Shown here: piece after piece, positions 47,980 to 56,892 of the stretch
Layout of the letters: the number at the start of each line of letters is the position of its first letter
Numbering within the stretch: the stretch's first letter is position 1
NCBI GenBank assembly: GCA_021790195.1
Contig: JAJYIF010000005.1
Span: 72,870 to 136,869, forward strand
Direction: 5' to 3'
Length of the DNA: 64,000 bases
DNA from: Nitrospirota bacterium
GTDB lineage: Bacteria > Nitrospirota > Thermodesulfovibrionia > Thermodesulfovibrionales > UBA9159
The notes under the pieces: generated by a model
Database searches by the model: none
What the model saw: only the letters and a program-made list of their open reading frames with translations
Told to the model about the DNA's origin: nothing
Made by a program: the position numbers and the translations under genes

Positions 47980-50151
47980 ATGAGATACCCGCTTTACGTC
48001 GCCTTTCTGTGGCACATGCATCAACCCTATTACAAAGACCCCTTCACAGGGATCTACCGCCTTCCCTGGGTGAGACTGCACGGTGTCAAGGACTACTTCG
48101 ATATGGCCGCCAATCTCGAGGAATACCCCGAAATAAGGCAGACCTTCAATCTCGTACCTTCGCTGATCGAGCAGATCATCGACTACACCGATCATAATGC
48201 CGGGGACACTTTTCTGGAGGTCACCCGGAAAAGGGCGGGCGACCTGACCGGCGATGACCGCGCATTTATCCTCGAAAACTTCTTCCTTGCCAACTGGGAC
48301 ACCATGATAAAGCCGTTTCCTCGCTACTACGAATTGCTCTCGAAAAGGGGCTTCACCTATTCCAAGAACGATCTCCACCGCATCGCAAGGTATTTCAGCG
48401 AAGGTGAATTCAGGGACCTTCAGGTGTTTTTCAACCTTGTCTGGATAAGCCCCGTCCTGAGGAAGAGGGACCGGTTCCTGACCGGCCTTCTGGAGAAGGG
48501 AAAGGAATATACCGAGGAAGAAAAAGACATTCTCCTCGATAAACAGTTCGCCACTTTGCGCAATATCATCCCGAAATACAGGGAGCTGAGCGCAAAAAGC
48601 CGTATAGAGCTATCCGCATCCCCTTTTTACCATCCCATACTGCCGCTTCTCTGGGACACGGACACAGCGAAGGCACCGACACCTGACATACGTCTTCCGA
48701 AGAAAAGGTTTTCTTTTCCCGAGGACGCCGGGACCCAGATGAAGACCGCGATCGATTATTTCGAAAAGGTTTTCGGAGCAAGGCCCGCCGGCATGTGGCC
48801 ATCCGAGGGCTCCGTCAGCGAGGACATAGCCCGGGCGGTCCGGGCGGAGGGTATACAGTGGATAGCGTCCGACGAGGACGTGCTCTCGAACTCCATCGGA
48901 GAAGGTCTAAGGGGCCCGTCGGGAAACGCCACGCGTCCTTCCGCTCTGTATTCGGCCTATGATTATTCCGGCCTCTCCATCATATTCAGGGACCACAGGA
49001 TCTCGGATCTCATCGGATTTACATATTCGGGCTGGGAGCCGAAGAGCGCCGCGGACGATCTCATGGGCAAACTGGGCCAAATCCATGACTCCCTGCCGCA
49101 TGATGAGCCGCACATAGTGCCCATAATTCTCGACGGAGAGAACGCCTGGGAATATTACCGGAATAACGGTCACGACTTCTTCTGTCATCTCTACGATGCC
49201 CTTTCGAAGCACAGGAATGTGAAGACGACCACTGTTTCAGGCTACCTTGCCGAGCATCATGGGAGGAAAAAGTTGAGCCGGCTACATGCCGGCTCCTGGA
49301 TCAATGCGAACTTCGATGTCTGGATCGGACACGAGGAGGACAATACCGCGTGGGATTACCTCACAGAGACCCGGGAAGCGCTTGAGGAATTCCTGAAAGA
49401 AAATCCCGGCAAAAAGGCAGATATCGACTGGAAGTCTGTATACGTTGCCGAGGGAAGCGACTGGAACTGGTGGTACGGTGACGAGCATTCCACGGAAAAC
49501 GCCAAGGAATTCGACGAGCTTTTCAGGTTGAATCTCATGAAAGTTTACAAGGACATGGGGAGAGAGGTCCCCCCGTACTTATATGTCCCCGTGCTGAGGG
49601 AGGACAGGGCCGTAGCTCCTTCGATGCAGATCAGGGGCTTCATTCGTCCCAAGATCGACGGGTTTATGACGAGCTATTTCGAGTGGTACCAGGGGGCATA
49701 CGTGGACGTGGCAAAATCAGGGGGGAGCATGCATATGACCGAAGGACTTATATCCAGGATATATTACGGGTTCGACCGTGAGAGCCTTTTCGTGAGGGTC
49801 GATCCCAGAAAGCCCTTCAACGAGTTCCCGGAAGATGCAGTTGTCTCTGTAGAGATCGTCAGGCCCTCCCAGTTCAGGCTGGATATCCTCCTAAGAGACA
49901 ATACGGCAGCAAGACTCCTTCGCGGGGACGACAGCGGCTGGACAATCGCCAGGGAAAGCCCCGATTTTGCAGTCGCCGACATTCTCGAATGCGCCGTGTC
50001 CTTTACGGACATAAATGCGAAAGAACATGACGAGATCAACTTCTTTGTCTCGGTCAGCAGGGGGGAAGAAAAGATCGAGCGCTGTCCCTGGAGGGGCTAT
50101 ATCTCGGTTTCGGTGCCGACCGCTGAATTCGAATCCACTATGTGGTATTGA
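47980..50151 (+). CDS. glycoside hydrolase family 57 enzyme (alpha-glucan-active)
   Basis: 723 aa. N-terminus YVAFLWHMHQPYYKD ... LPWVRLHGVKDYFDM is the GH57 signature region. Confidence 0.88.
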   Translation: MRYPLYVAFLWHMHQPYYKDPFTGIYRLPWVRLHGVKDYFDMAANLEEYPEIRQTFNLVPSLIEQIIDYTDHNAGDTFLEVTRKRAGDLTGDDRAFILENFFLANWDTMIKPFPRYYELLSKRGFTYSKNDLHRIARYFSEGEFRDLQVFFNLVWISPVLRKRDRFLTGLLEKGKEYTEEEKDILLDKQFATLRNIIPKYRELSAKSRIELSASPFYHPILPLLWDTDTAKAPTPDIRLPKKRFSFPEDAGTQMKTAIDYFEKVFGARPAGMWPSEGSVSEDIARAVRAEGIQWIASDEDVLSNSIGEGLRGPSGNATRPSALYSAYDYSGLSIIFRDHRISDLIGFTYSGWEPKSAADDLMGKLGQIHDSLPHDEPHIVPIILDGENAWEYYRNNGHDFFCHLYDALSKHRNVKTTTVSGYLAEHHGRKKLSRLHAGSWINANFDVWIGHEEDNTAWDYLTETREALEEFLKENPGKKADIDWKSVYVAEGSDWNWWYGDEHSTENAKEFDELFRLNLMKVYKDMGREVPPYLYVPVLREDRAVAPSMQIRGFIRPKIDGFMTSYFEWYQGAYVDVAKSGGSMHMTEGLISRIYYGFDRESLFVRVDPRKPFNEFPEDAVVSVEIVRPSQFRLDILLRDNTAARLLRGDDSGWTIARESPDFAVADILECAVSFTDINAKEHDEINFFVSVSRGEEKIERCPWRGYISVSVPTAEFESTMWY

Positions 50152-50245
50152 AAAAGGTAAAACAGGTCAAGAAGTCTAAATAGGTCAAAGAATCACTTGC
50201 CCCTTTTTGACCTTTTTGAACGATTCGAACTATTTGACTTTTTCG
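50152..50245. repeat. GGTCAA/TTGACC palindromic array between convergent genes (possible bidirectional terminator)
   Basis: ggtaaa 50156, ggtcaa 50165, ggtcaa 50183, then ttgacc 50207, ttgaac 50216 and ttgact 50234. The inner stem aggtcaaa/tttgacct can pair. Confidence 0.8.
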
Positions 50246-50246
50246 T

Positions 50247-50846
50247 CTAATAGCCCTTCTCATCCGCCCGGCCCTTGAATTTTCCCGTTTCGGCGCGCAA
50301 CAGATCAAGGGTCTCTTTCAATAAATCGCTTTTTTGCGCCGCGACCTCTCTCCTGTCTTTGGCATATTCGAGTATGTCGAGCGTCCTGCCGATAAACTGA
50401 AACCTCTCCTTGAGAAGTGAAAAACTGTTCCTTAGGGTCTCTATCGCGCGATTACATTCTCTGGCCACGTCCTTGAAGTCGTCGTCCCTCCTCAGGTAGA
50501 TATTTACGGACAGGTCTCCCATAGCCGCCTTCTCGACATCCCTCTTAAGTCTGAAAAGCGGACCGGCGGTCCTGCGCATGAGATACAAGAAAAAAAATAG
50601 AAGGGCCAGCAGCGTGATACCGGCGGATAAGACGCCTGTATAGACCAGCTGCGGGGTCACGATGTCGGCTATCGTGTCGGCCTGAATGTGGCTCTTCCAC
50701 CTCAGGGCTTCGAGTTTCCTGTAAGAGAGATAGTTAAAAAGCGTGAGATTGACCAAAAGACCGGCGGCGCATATCGACGCCACCTCCAGGACGGTACGCC
50801 ACTGGTATTTCCTGTCGGTTACATATTGTCTCCTTCTGTTCTTCAT
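50247..50846 (-). CDS. small two-TM membrane protein with a HAMP domain and no recognisable output domain
   Basis: 199 aa. Two hydrophobic segments are separated by about 30 aa, followed by the HAMP-like RRTAGPLFRLKRDVEKAAMGDLSVNIYLRRDDDFKDVARECNRAIETLR and a ~55-aa helical tail. GAGGAG Shine-Dalgarno. Confidence 0.75.
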   Translation of the reverse strand: MKNRRRQYVTDRKYQWRTVLEVASICAAGLLVNLTLFNYLSYRKLEALRWKSHIQADTIADIVTPQLVYTGVLSAGITLLALLFFFLYLMRRTAGPLFRLKRDVEKAAMGDLSVNIYLRRDDDFKDVARECNRAIETLRNSFSLLKERFQFIGRTLDILEYAKDRREVAAQKSDLLKETLDLLRAETGKFKGRADEKGY

Positions 50847-50901
50847 CCTTCTCCTCTTTCCTGATTATCCGTTTCCGGTTAACGCCTTTGCATAGCCGGT
50901 A

Positions 50902-51672
50902 TCACAAGTTGTGGCACCGGATGCAGAGCCTGCTGCCCACGTTACTCATGACAAGGTGGTTCGGAAGACGCGAATAGGCGTCATGGCAGGTCCCGCACCC
51001 TATCCTTCCGCTGAAGAGCCTTATCTTCTTGCCGACACTCGAAAGCGGTTTCAGATTCCCGTCCTTCATCCTGCTCTCCTGATAATCGACGCCGATGGGA
51101 TGGGAGGACGTCTCGTGACGCCAGATGCCTGCCCCGAAATCCGTCAGCTTACCGGCAATCCCGTCGTGACAGCTTATGCATTCCATAGACAGCTGATCAA
51201 GGGGCTGCGAGGAGTCGGTCACCTGGAATCTCGCCGAGAGATGGGCCACTCCAAGTACCGCCCGGTGGCCGCCTTCCGGTATCATTGTCGTATGGCATGA
51301 CAGGCAGAATTCCCTTCCGGTCACCTGTCTTCTCAGAAAGTAGGTCTTTTCTCCGAACTGGGTAAACCTCTCAGCGTGTATGTTGTGGCACGTGACGCAG
51401 GTGAGTTTGCCGTTCTGCAGAACAAAGTCCGGTGGGACCTTCGCGGTCACGGGAATGATACCTACGGGATGCGAAGACTTGCCCGAGAACTTCTTATGGC
51501 ATCTCCTGCAAAGTTCGGTTACCGGAGCGGTCAGGCTCCTTGGGTCCCGCTCGGAATCAATATGGCAATTCCTGCATTCGGAAGGCTCGAATTTGTGCGC
51601 GTTGTCGAATACAGCGTAGCCGAGAATGATTACAGCGGCTATGATTACGGCAACGAGCAGAAGCACCTTCAT
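50902..51672 (-). CDS. membrane-anchored heptaheme c-type cytochrome
   Basis: Seven CxxCH motifs: CRNCH, CRRCH, CVTCH, CLSCH, CISCH, CGTCH, CIRCH. N-terminal hydrophobic anchor MKVLLLVAVIIAAVIILGY. The ATG at 51672 overlaps the upstream stop (ATGA). Confidence 0.85.
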   Translation of the reverse strand: MKVLLLVAVIIAAVIILGYAVFDNAHKFEPSECRNCHIDSERDPRSLTAPVTELCRRCHKKFSGKSSHPVGIIPVTAKVPPDFVLQNGKLTCVTCHNIHAERFTQFGEKTYFLRRQVTGREFCLSCHTTMIPEGGHRAVLGVAHLSARFQVTDSSQPLDQLSMECISCHDGIAGKLTDFGAGIWRHETSSHPIGVDYQESRMKDGNLKPLSSVGKKIRLFSGRIGCGTCHDAYSRLPNHLVMSNVGSRLCIRCHNL

Positions 51673-52241
51673 ACTCTTATCCCGGACAGCCACTTATTTA
51701 CCTCTTCGACCTTCCGGACCATCTTCAGCCGCTTGTCCTCGGCAGCCTCCGCATCTCCGTTTTGTACGAGAAGGCTTAATTCACAGGTGTCCTGATAAAG
51801 CTCGTCTATGGCCTCACAGATGCTCGAATGTCTATCGCGGTATTTTGTCGCAAGCTCGTTCAGCGCGTCGGCAAGAGGCAGCACGGCGTCTTTCTTCCTG
51901 AAGCGCGCAGTCGCATCGAGCCCGCCCTCGGCCATGCGCGCTGCGACCCTTTTGACCCCGACCAGCGGACCGACTACTCTATGGGTGCTGAGAATAATGA
52001 GGGCAACAATCCCGAACAGACAGACCAATGCGAAGAGGCCGTAGATGGACAGGGTGTCTCGGATCAGCTCTGTCTTGAAGTAAAAAGCTGTGGAGACCCT
52101 TTGAGAATACAGTTCGCCGAGTCCCCGGTCTATATAGTGATAAAAGAAGACCGAGTTTACAAGGATCAGCGCAATAAGGAAGAGAGAGATTCCGACAATG
52201 AGCCTGATTCTGAAAGACCTTGAGACCACGTCCAAGTACAT
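51669..52241 (-). CDS. small two-TM membrane protein with a HAMP domain, paralog of 50247-50846
   Basis: Same architecture. HAMP-like HRVVGPLVGVKRVAARMAEGGLDATARFRKKDAVLPLADALNELATKYR. ATG at 52241 with an AAGGAG Shine-Dalgarno; the track GTG at 52256 is less likely. Confidence 0.75.
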   Translation of the reverse strand: MYLDVVSRSFRIRLIVGISLFLIALILVNSVFFYHYIDRGLGELYSQRVSTAFYFKTELIRDTLSIYGLFALVCLFGIVALIILSTHRVVGPLVGVKRVAARMAEGGLDATARFRKKDAVLPLADALNELATKYRDRHSSICEAIDELYQDTCELSLLVQNGDAEAAEDKRLKMVRKVEEVNKWLSGIRV

Positions 52242-52358
52242 AAGTTCTCCTTTCACTAAGGGAGATCTTCCCTCCTTCGCTCTCCGCGCGGAGAATAACT
52301 CCCGCGCTTCAAAAAGAACTTAAGTAAGCCAGCTTGCCGCTCTATACCCCATAACTAA

Positions 52359-52386
52359 AAAATATCACTTTTTCCTTAAGTGTCAA
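52359..52386 (-). promoter_or_regulatory. candidate extended -10 promoter for the HAMP-cytochrome-HAMP operon
   Basis: The minus strand reads TTGACA (52386-52381), a 16-nt spacer ending in TGa, then TATTTT (52364-52359). Confidence 0.45.
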
Positions 52387-52537
52387 CATAGGTCACTCCG
52401 GTGTCTTGTCATCTGCCCTCCCCCCTCGCGTTCCCTGTGTTTAGGTGGTGGAATCCCTGACTTCTGAGGGCTGGCAAATTTCATTTGATTCCGTTATCAT
52501 TTACGGTAGCTTTTGATTTGTTTCCACGGGAGGATTT

Positions 52538-53251
52538 ATGATTCTTGGCGTCAATATAGACCACGTTGCGACATTGAGAGAAGCCCGCAAAGGGGCCGAT
52601 CCGGAACCTGTCATGGCGGCGACACTCGCGGTCCTCGGCGGAGCCGACGGCATCACCGTGCATCTGAGGGAAGACCGGCGACACATAAACGACAGGGACC
52701 TGAGACTTTTGCGCGAAATGGTTCCGGTTGAACTGAACCTTGAAATGGCCGCTACGGACGAGATGGTCCGCATTGCCCTTGAGGTGAAGCCCGATATGGT
52801 GACTCTTGTGCCCGAAAAGAGACAGGAGCTTACGACAGAAGGCGGTCTTGATGTGTCAGGACAGAAAGAGCACGTCAAAGAAACCGTGAGAAGACTGCAT
52901 GAGTCAGGCATCCCGGTAAGCCTCTTTATCAACCCACGCATAATGGACGTCGATATATCGAGAGAGACGGGGGCCGACATGGTCGAGATCCACACGGGGC
53001 TTTATTCAAACGCAAAAGGTGAAAAGCAGAAGGACGAGCTGCGGCGGGTAGTCGATGCCGTGAAGGTTGCCTGCAAGCTCGAGCTGCTGGCGAACGCCGG
53101 TCACGGACTGAATTATTTCAATGTAAGGAACATTGCGGCTATAGAAGGGATAAGAGGACTTTATATAGGCCACAGCATAATTTCGAGGGCGGTCTTTATA
53201 GGCCTGGAGCGCGCCGTGAGAGAGATGAAGGAATTGATCGCTGTAGTCTGA
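52538..53251 (+). CDS. pdxJ: pyridoxine 5'-phosphate synthase
   Basis: 237 aa. [23 protein letters not shown] and NLEMA ... [19 protein letters not shown]. Confidence 0.95.
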   Translation: MILGVNIDHVATLREARKGADPEPVMAATLAVLGGADGITVHLREDRRHINDRDLRLLREMVPVELNLEMAATDEMVRIALEVKPDMVTLVPEKRQELTTEGGLDVSGQKEHVKETVRRLHESGIPVSLFINPRIMDVDISRETGADMVEIHTGLYSNAKGEKQKDELRRVVDAVKVACKLELLANAGHGLNYFNVRNIAAIEGIRGLYIGHSIISRAVFIGLERAVREMKELIAVV

Positions 53252-53268
53252 TCATTCGCCGCGTTGCG

Positions 53269-53393
53269 CTATTTCTTCCTGTCTGTTCGGAACTCTGATG
53301 AACGCCTTCCCTGGGCGGTGTCCAGGATCATAATGGGATCTGCGATGGCGTCGGAAGTCCTTTTCCATTCCTCCTTTGCCTTTATGGTCTCCG
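53269..53393 (-). pseudogene. out-of-frame fossil of a PAS-domain N-cap downstream of the response-regulator stop
   Basis: In the -1/+2 frame relative to the response regulator, my translation reads AAAETIKAKEEWKRTSDAIADPIMILDTAQGRRSSEFRTDRKK then stop (tag at 53271-53269). The W..T.DAI.DPIMILD pattern is a typical PAS N-terminus. Confidence 0.45.
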
Positions 53394-53900
53394 CCGCCGC
53401 CTGCTGCGCGTGGCGATCTCTTTTTCACGCTCTGCTATCTTTTCCTCCAATTTGGCGGCCACCACCTCGCCGTACCTCTTCAGATACTCCTCCTCTTCAG
53501 TGATGAGTTCCGGAGTAATAGCCTTTCCCTTCCTTTGTTCGCGGAGGATTATTTCCACCTCGTCCCAGAAATCAGCAGGCTCTTTCGGCTTGATGATATA
53601 AGCTTCTGCTCCGAGCGCGATGGCGAGGTCCACGTCTTTGTCCGCCCTGTAAATGGCCGAGTAAAAGATAAAGGGGACAGTCTTAAGTTTCTCGTCTTCC
53701 TTTACCGCCCTCAGAAACTGAAAGCCGTCCATGATCGGCATAAGCGCGTCCGAGATTATTAGGTCCGGGGAATGGATCCTGGCCATCCTGAGACCGTCCA
53801 GCCCGTCTTCGGCTTCCACCGCTTCATGGCCTTTGTTCTCGATGATGTATCGGAGCAGCCTTCTGTCGTCGCCGTTGTCGTCGACAATCAGGATCTTCAT
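53382..53900 (-). CDS. response regulator: receiver domain plus a truncated coiled-coil linker
   Basis: MKILIVDDNGDDRRLL ... DLIISDALMPIMDGF ... PFIFYSA is a CheY-like REC. The tail EEYLKRYGEVVAAKLEEKIAEREKEIA resembles REC-to-PAS linkers and ends in RSRRRRRP, encoded by a CGG repeat. Confidence 0.88.
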   Translation of the reverse strand: MKILIVDDNGDDRRLLRYIIENKGHEAVEAEDGLDGLRMARIHSPDLIISDALMPIMDGFQFLRAVKEDEKLKTVPFIFYSAIYRADKDVDLAIALGAEAYIIKPKEPADFWDEVEIILREQRKGKAITPELITEEEEYLKRYGEVVAAKLEEKIAEREKEIATRSRRRRRP

Positions 53901-54271
53901 TTCTTCGGCGCCTCAAGGATCTTGCTTATCTGTTCCACGATGGTCAGCGGGTCTATCGGTTTTTCGAAATAACCGTCGCAGCCGGCAGACAATATCTTCT
54001 CCATGTCGCCGCGCATAGCGTATGACGTGATCGCTATGATAGGGATGCGGCCGTCAGCCTCGGAATTCCTTACCCTGCGTGTCGCCTCAAGACCGTCTAT
54101 GCCGGGAAGGTTGATATCCATAAGGATAAAGCTGGGCTTCTCTTTAATCGCCAGTTCGACACCCTCTTCCCCTGTCCCGGCCGAAATCACCTCGTAACCT
54201 CCTCTCCTTAAGGCATAGGATATAAGGTCGAGATTGTCCTTGTTGTCTTCCACCACGAGCACCTTCTTCAT
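53897..54271 (-). CDS. single-domain CheY-like response regulator
   Basis: 124 aa. KVLVVEDNKDNLDL ... ILMDINLPGIDGLE ... PIIAITSYAMRGD. Confidence 0.9.
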   Translation of the reverse strand: MKKVLVVEDNKDNLDLISYALRRGGYEVISAGTGEEGVELAIKEKPSFILMDINLPGIDGLEATRRVRNSEADGRIPIIAITSYAMRGDMEKILSAGCDGYFEKPIDPLTIVEQISKILEAPKK

Positions 54272-56889
54272 CTCTTCTCCCCTTTTCTTAACTTTGCCGG
54301 AATCCGTAGGCAGAAAGAACTTCCCTCTCCAAATTCGCTTTGCACGGTTATGTCGCCCAGCAGAATTTCTGTCGCGATTTTCTTCACAAGATAAAGACCC
54401 AGACCGGTCCCTCTTACCTTCGCGCTGAGAGGTGAAGGGATGCGCGTAAAGGCCGAAAAGAGTTTCGGAAGGTCTTCCTTTTTCATACCTATACCGGTAT
54501 CGGAAACGATGATTTCAACAATGTCCGGGGCTGTCAACCCTTTGCTGCTCTTCACAAGATTGATCCTTATCTCGATCCGTCCCCGTTCCGTAAACTTGAG
54601 GGCGTTGCTTAAGAGGTTCATCAGGCACTGAAGGAGCCTTCGTCTGTCATTGCTCATTTCGAAATGCGGAGATTCGACCTGCAGCTCAAGGCCCTTTTCT
54701 TCTATCTCTTTTCTAAACATCGACACCCCGTCTTCAATCAAACAGCCCAGGTCAAAATCTTCCAGCAGGATTTCATGTTTCCCAGCCTCGATCTTGGAGA
54801 TATCGATGACATCGTTGATAAGGGAGAGAAGGTGCCTGCCGGACCTCAGGACCGCCGAAAGGTTCTTTTTCTGTTCGTCATTGAGAGGCCCAGTCCACTC
54901 CTCGAGAGTGATGCTCGAAAAACCGATAATCGAATTCAGGGGAGTCCGAAGCTCGTGGCTCATCGAGGCTATGAACAGCGACTTGAGCTGGTCAAGCTCC
55001 TTCAGCTTATTATTTGCCTCTTCCAACTCCCCGCTTTTCTTCTGCAGCTCTGCGGTCCTCGCAGCTACCCTCTGCTCGAGCCTCTCGTTGAGTGCCCGGA
55101 TTTCTTCTTCGGCCTTCTTGTGCTCGGTGACGTCCCCGAAGACAACCACCGCGCCTGTTATCTTGCCGTCCTCGACAAGAGGCGAATTGACATGCTCCAC
55201 GTCAAACCTGCTTCCGTCCCTTCTCCAGAAGACCTCTTCCCGGCCCCTGCGCACTTCGCCCTCCGTGAGGGACCTGTGAAGCGGACACTCCTCCACAGGA
55301 TACGAACGGCCGTCTGCTTTCGTATGATGGAAGAGCTGGTGGCTTTTCGCGCCTATGAGCTCCTTGACACCGTATCCGAGCATCTCCGCAGCGGCGGGGT
55401 TTATAAACACGATGCTCCCGTCTACATCCGTGCCGTATATTCCCTCTCCGGCCGAATTCAGGATCATCTCATTCCGCTGGCTCAGTCTCATCAGCTCCTC
55501 CTCCGCGAGCCTGCCCTCGGTGATGTCGCGCGCAGTGGCATATGTAAGTCCGTCGGCCCTGTTATAGTAGGCCCTCCACGACAGCCACCGAAGCGACCCG
55601 TCCTTGCACACATAGCGGTTTTCAAAATTGAGGGAAAAGCCCCTCTGCAGCTGACGGACCATTTCTTCAATCGTAGACTGCTTGTCGTCCGGGTAGACAA
55701 AATCGATGAACGGCTTTGCCACAAGCTCCGACTCCGAATATCCGAGCGTCTCCGTGCAAGCGGGGTTCACCTTCATAAAAGCGCCGTTAGGATCGGCTAT
55801 GACCATCAGGTCGCTTGAGTTCTGAAATAGCTTGAAATACTGTTCCCTTTCCGCCTCCGCCTTTCTGCGCTCCGTGATATCACGGGCCGCGGCAAAGACT
55901 CCGAGGACGTCCCCCGCTTCGTTTTTATAAACCGAGGCATTGTAGAGGACCGGCCTTGTAGATCCATCGCGATTCTTGATCTCCAGAGGATAATCACGGA
56001 CAGCGCCCTCCCTGAACACCTGCTGGTAACCTGCCCTTGCCTTCCCGGCTTCTGTGAAGTAGTCAGAAAAATCCGTACCGATAAGCTCCGCCCTCGTGCG
56101 ACCGGTCACCTTCTCCGTGGCTGCGTTCACATCAGTGATCTTGCCGTCCGCGTCGATTGTGACGAGTGGATCAAGACTTGCTTCGATCAAGCTGCGGTTG
56201 TAAGAACCCGCAGCCTTCAAATCTGTCTGGTAGCTCCTGATCGTGTCCCTCATACTGCTGAAACTATTTACGAGCGTCCCGACCTCGTCGTTTCTCCTCT
56301 TAGGCATAGCCGCGGAAAAATCGCCTCTGGCAAGACTCCTAGCCGCATGGGCCAAGAGGTTGACCGGCCTTACCGCGGCCCAGTCGAGAATAAAGCTTGC
56401 GGCTATAACATATCCGACTATGATAATCAGCATGATGGTTATGAGTTCCAAGTGACGTTTTCTTATTGCCGATAGTCTGGGAGCGAAATCGACGTCCACG
56501 ACAAGCCTTCCCAGGTGCATGTCGAGATAGTCGATCTGCTTTTCTATAATGCGGATATCACTCACGGTTCCGCTCCGGACCGCTGGCGGAGGAGTCTTTA
56601 GGGGATAGATCATCCTGCCTTTATCGTCGAATAAGCGCACACTCACCCAGTCCGTGTTTCTTTTTCTCAAGGTATCCAGATCCCCATAAACAGTGTCAAG
56701 CTGCCGGGCAAGCAACAACGGGACCAACGCTTCTGCCACACTGTCTATGTGCCGCTCAGCAGATATCCTGTATTTATCCTCGATATTTGCAAGCGAACTC
56801 GGCATCCAATATCCATAGAGATAAGCCAGCAGGAGCAGACTCAGGGAAACAAGCGGCAGTAATACCTTTATACGCAGGCCAGCGACCAT
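54268..56889 (-). CDS. membrane sensor histidine kinase (periplasmic domain, HAMP, three PAS, HisKA, HATPase_c)
   Basis: 873 aa with two membrane segments flanking about 125 aa. HAMP region LAHAARSLARGDFS. Three PAS N-caps: SLIEASLDPLVTIDADGKI, FQNSSDLMVIADPNGAF, ILNSAGEGIYGTDVDGSI. H-box SHELRTPLNSIIGFS. G-boxes DTGIGM and GTGLGL. Confidence 0.92.
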   Translation of the reverse strand: MVAGLRIKVLLPLVSLSLLLLAYLYGYWMPSSLANIEDKYRISAERHIDSVAEALVPLLLARQLDTVYGDLDTLRKRNTDWVSVRLFDDKGRMIYPLKTPPPAVRSGTVSDIRIIEKQIDYLDMHLGRLVVDVDFAPRLSAIRKRHLELITIMLIIIVGYVIAASFILDWAAVRPVNLLAHAARSLARGDFSAAMPKRRNDEVGTLVNSFSSMRDTIRSYQTDLKAAGSYNRSLIEASLDPLVTIDADGKITDVNAATEKVTGRTRAELIGTDFSDYFTEAGKARAGYQQVFREGAVRDYPLEIKNRDGSTRPVLYNASVYKNEAGDVLGVFAAARDITERRKAEAEREQYFKLFQNSSDLMVIADPNGAFMKVNPACTETLGYSESELVAKPFIDFVYPDDKQSTIEEMVRQLQRGFSLNFENRYVCKDGSLRWLSWRAYYNRADGLTYATARDITEGRLAEEELMRLSQRNEMILNSAGEGIYGTDVDGSIVFINPAAAEMLGYGVKELIGAKSHQLFHHTKADGRSYPVEECPLHRSLTEGEVRRGREEVFWRRDGSRFDVEHVNSPLVEDGKITGAVVVFGDVTEHKKAEEEIRALNERLEQRVAARTAELQKKSGELEEANNKLKELDQLKSLFIASMSHELRTPLNSIIGFSSITLEEWTGPLNDEQKKNLSAVLRSGRHLLSLINDVIDISKIEAGKHEILLEDFDLGCLIEDGVSMFRKEIEEKGLELQVESPHFEMSNDRRRLLQCLMNLLSNALKFTERGRIEIRINLVKSSKGLTAPDIVEIIVSDTGIGMKKEDLPKLFSAFTRIPSPLSAKVRGTGLGLYLVKKIATEILLGDITVQSEFGEGSSFCLRIPAKLRKGEKR

Positions 56890-56892
56890 TCT

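Noticed and set aside
47608-48378. 256-aa minus-strand ORF spanning ftsB and the start of the GH57 gene
   Set aside because: It crosses the boundary of two well-supported plus-strand genes and has shadow-ORF composition.
50141-50190. Possible programmed -1 frameshift appending a KKVKQVKKSK tail to the GH57 enzyme (and similarly KVKKVK to GalE)
   Set aside because: The A-run lies at or after the stop codon rather than forming an X-XXY-YYZ slippery heptamer upstream of it. The K-rich frame is more simply a property of the triplet-periodic repeat. It is kept only as a side note under the repeat-family finding.
52467-52486. Sigma54-like TGGCA element (ctggcaaatttcatttga) upstream of pdxJ
   Set aside because: A GG is present, but the -12 region reads TTTGA rather than TTGC with the correct spacing. 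A housekeeping pdxJ gene is also an unlikely sigma54 target.
54650-55818. 209-aa and 384-aa plus-strand ORFs inside the histidine kinase region
   Set aside because: They are antisense to a kinase with clear HAMP, PAS, HisKA and HATPase motifs, and are serine- or leucine-rich shadow frames.
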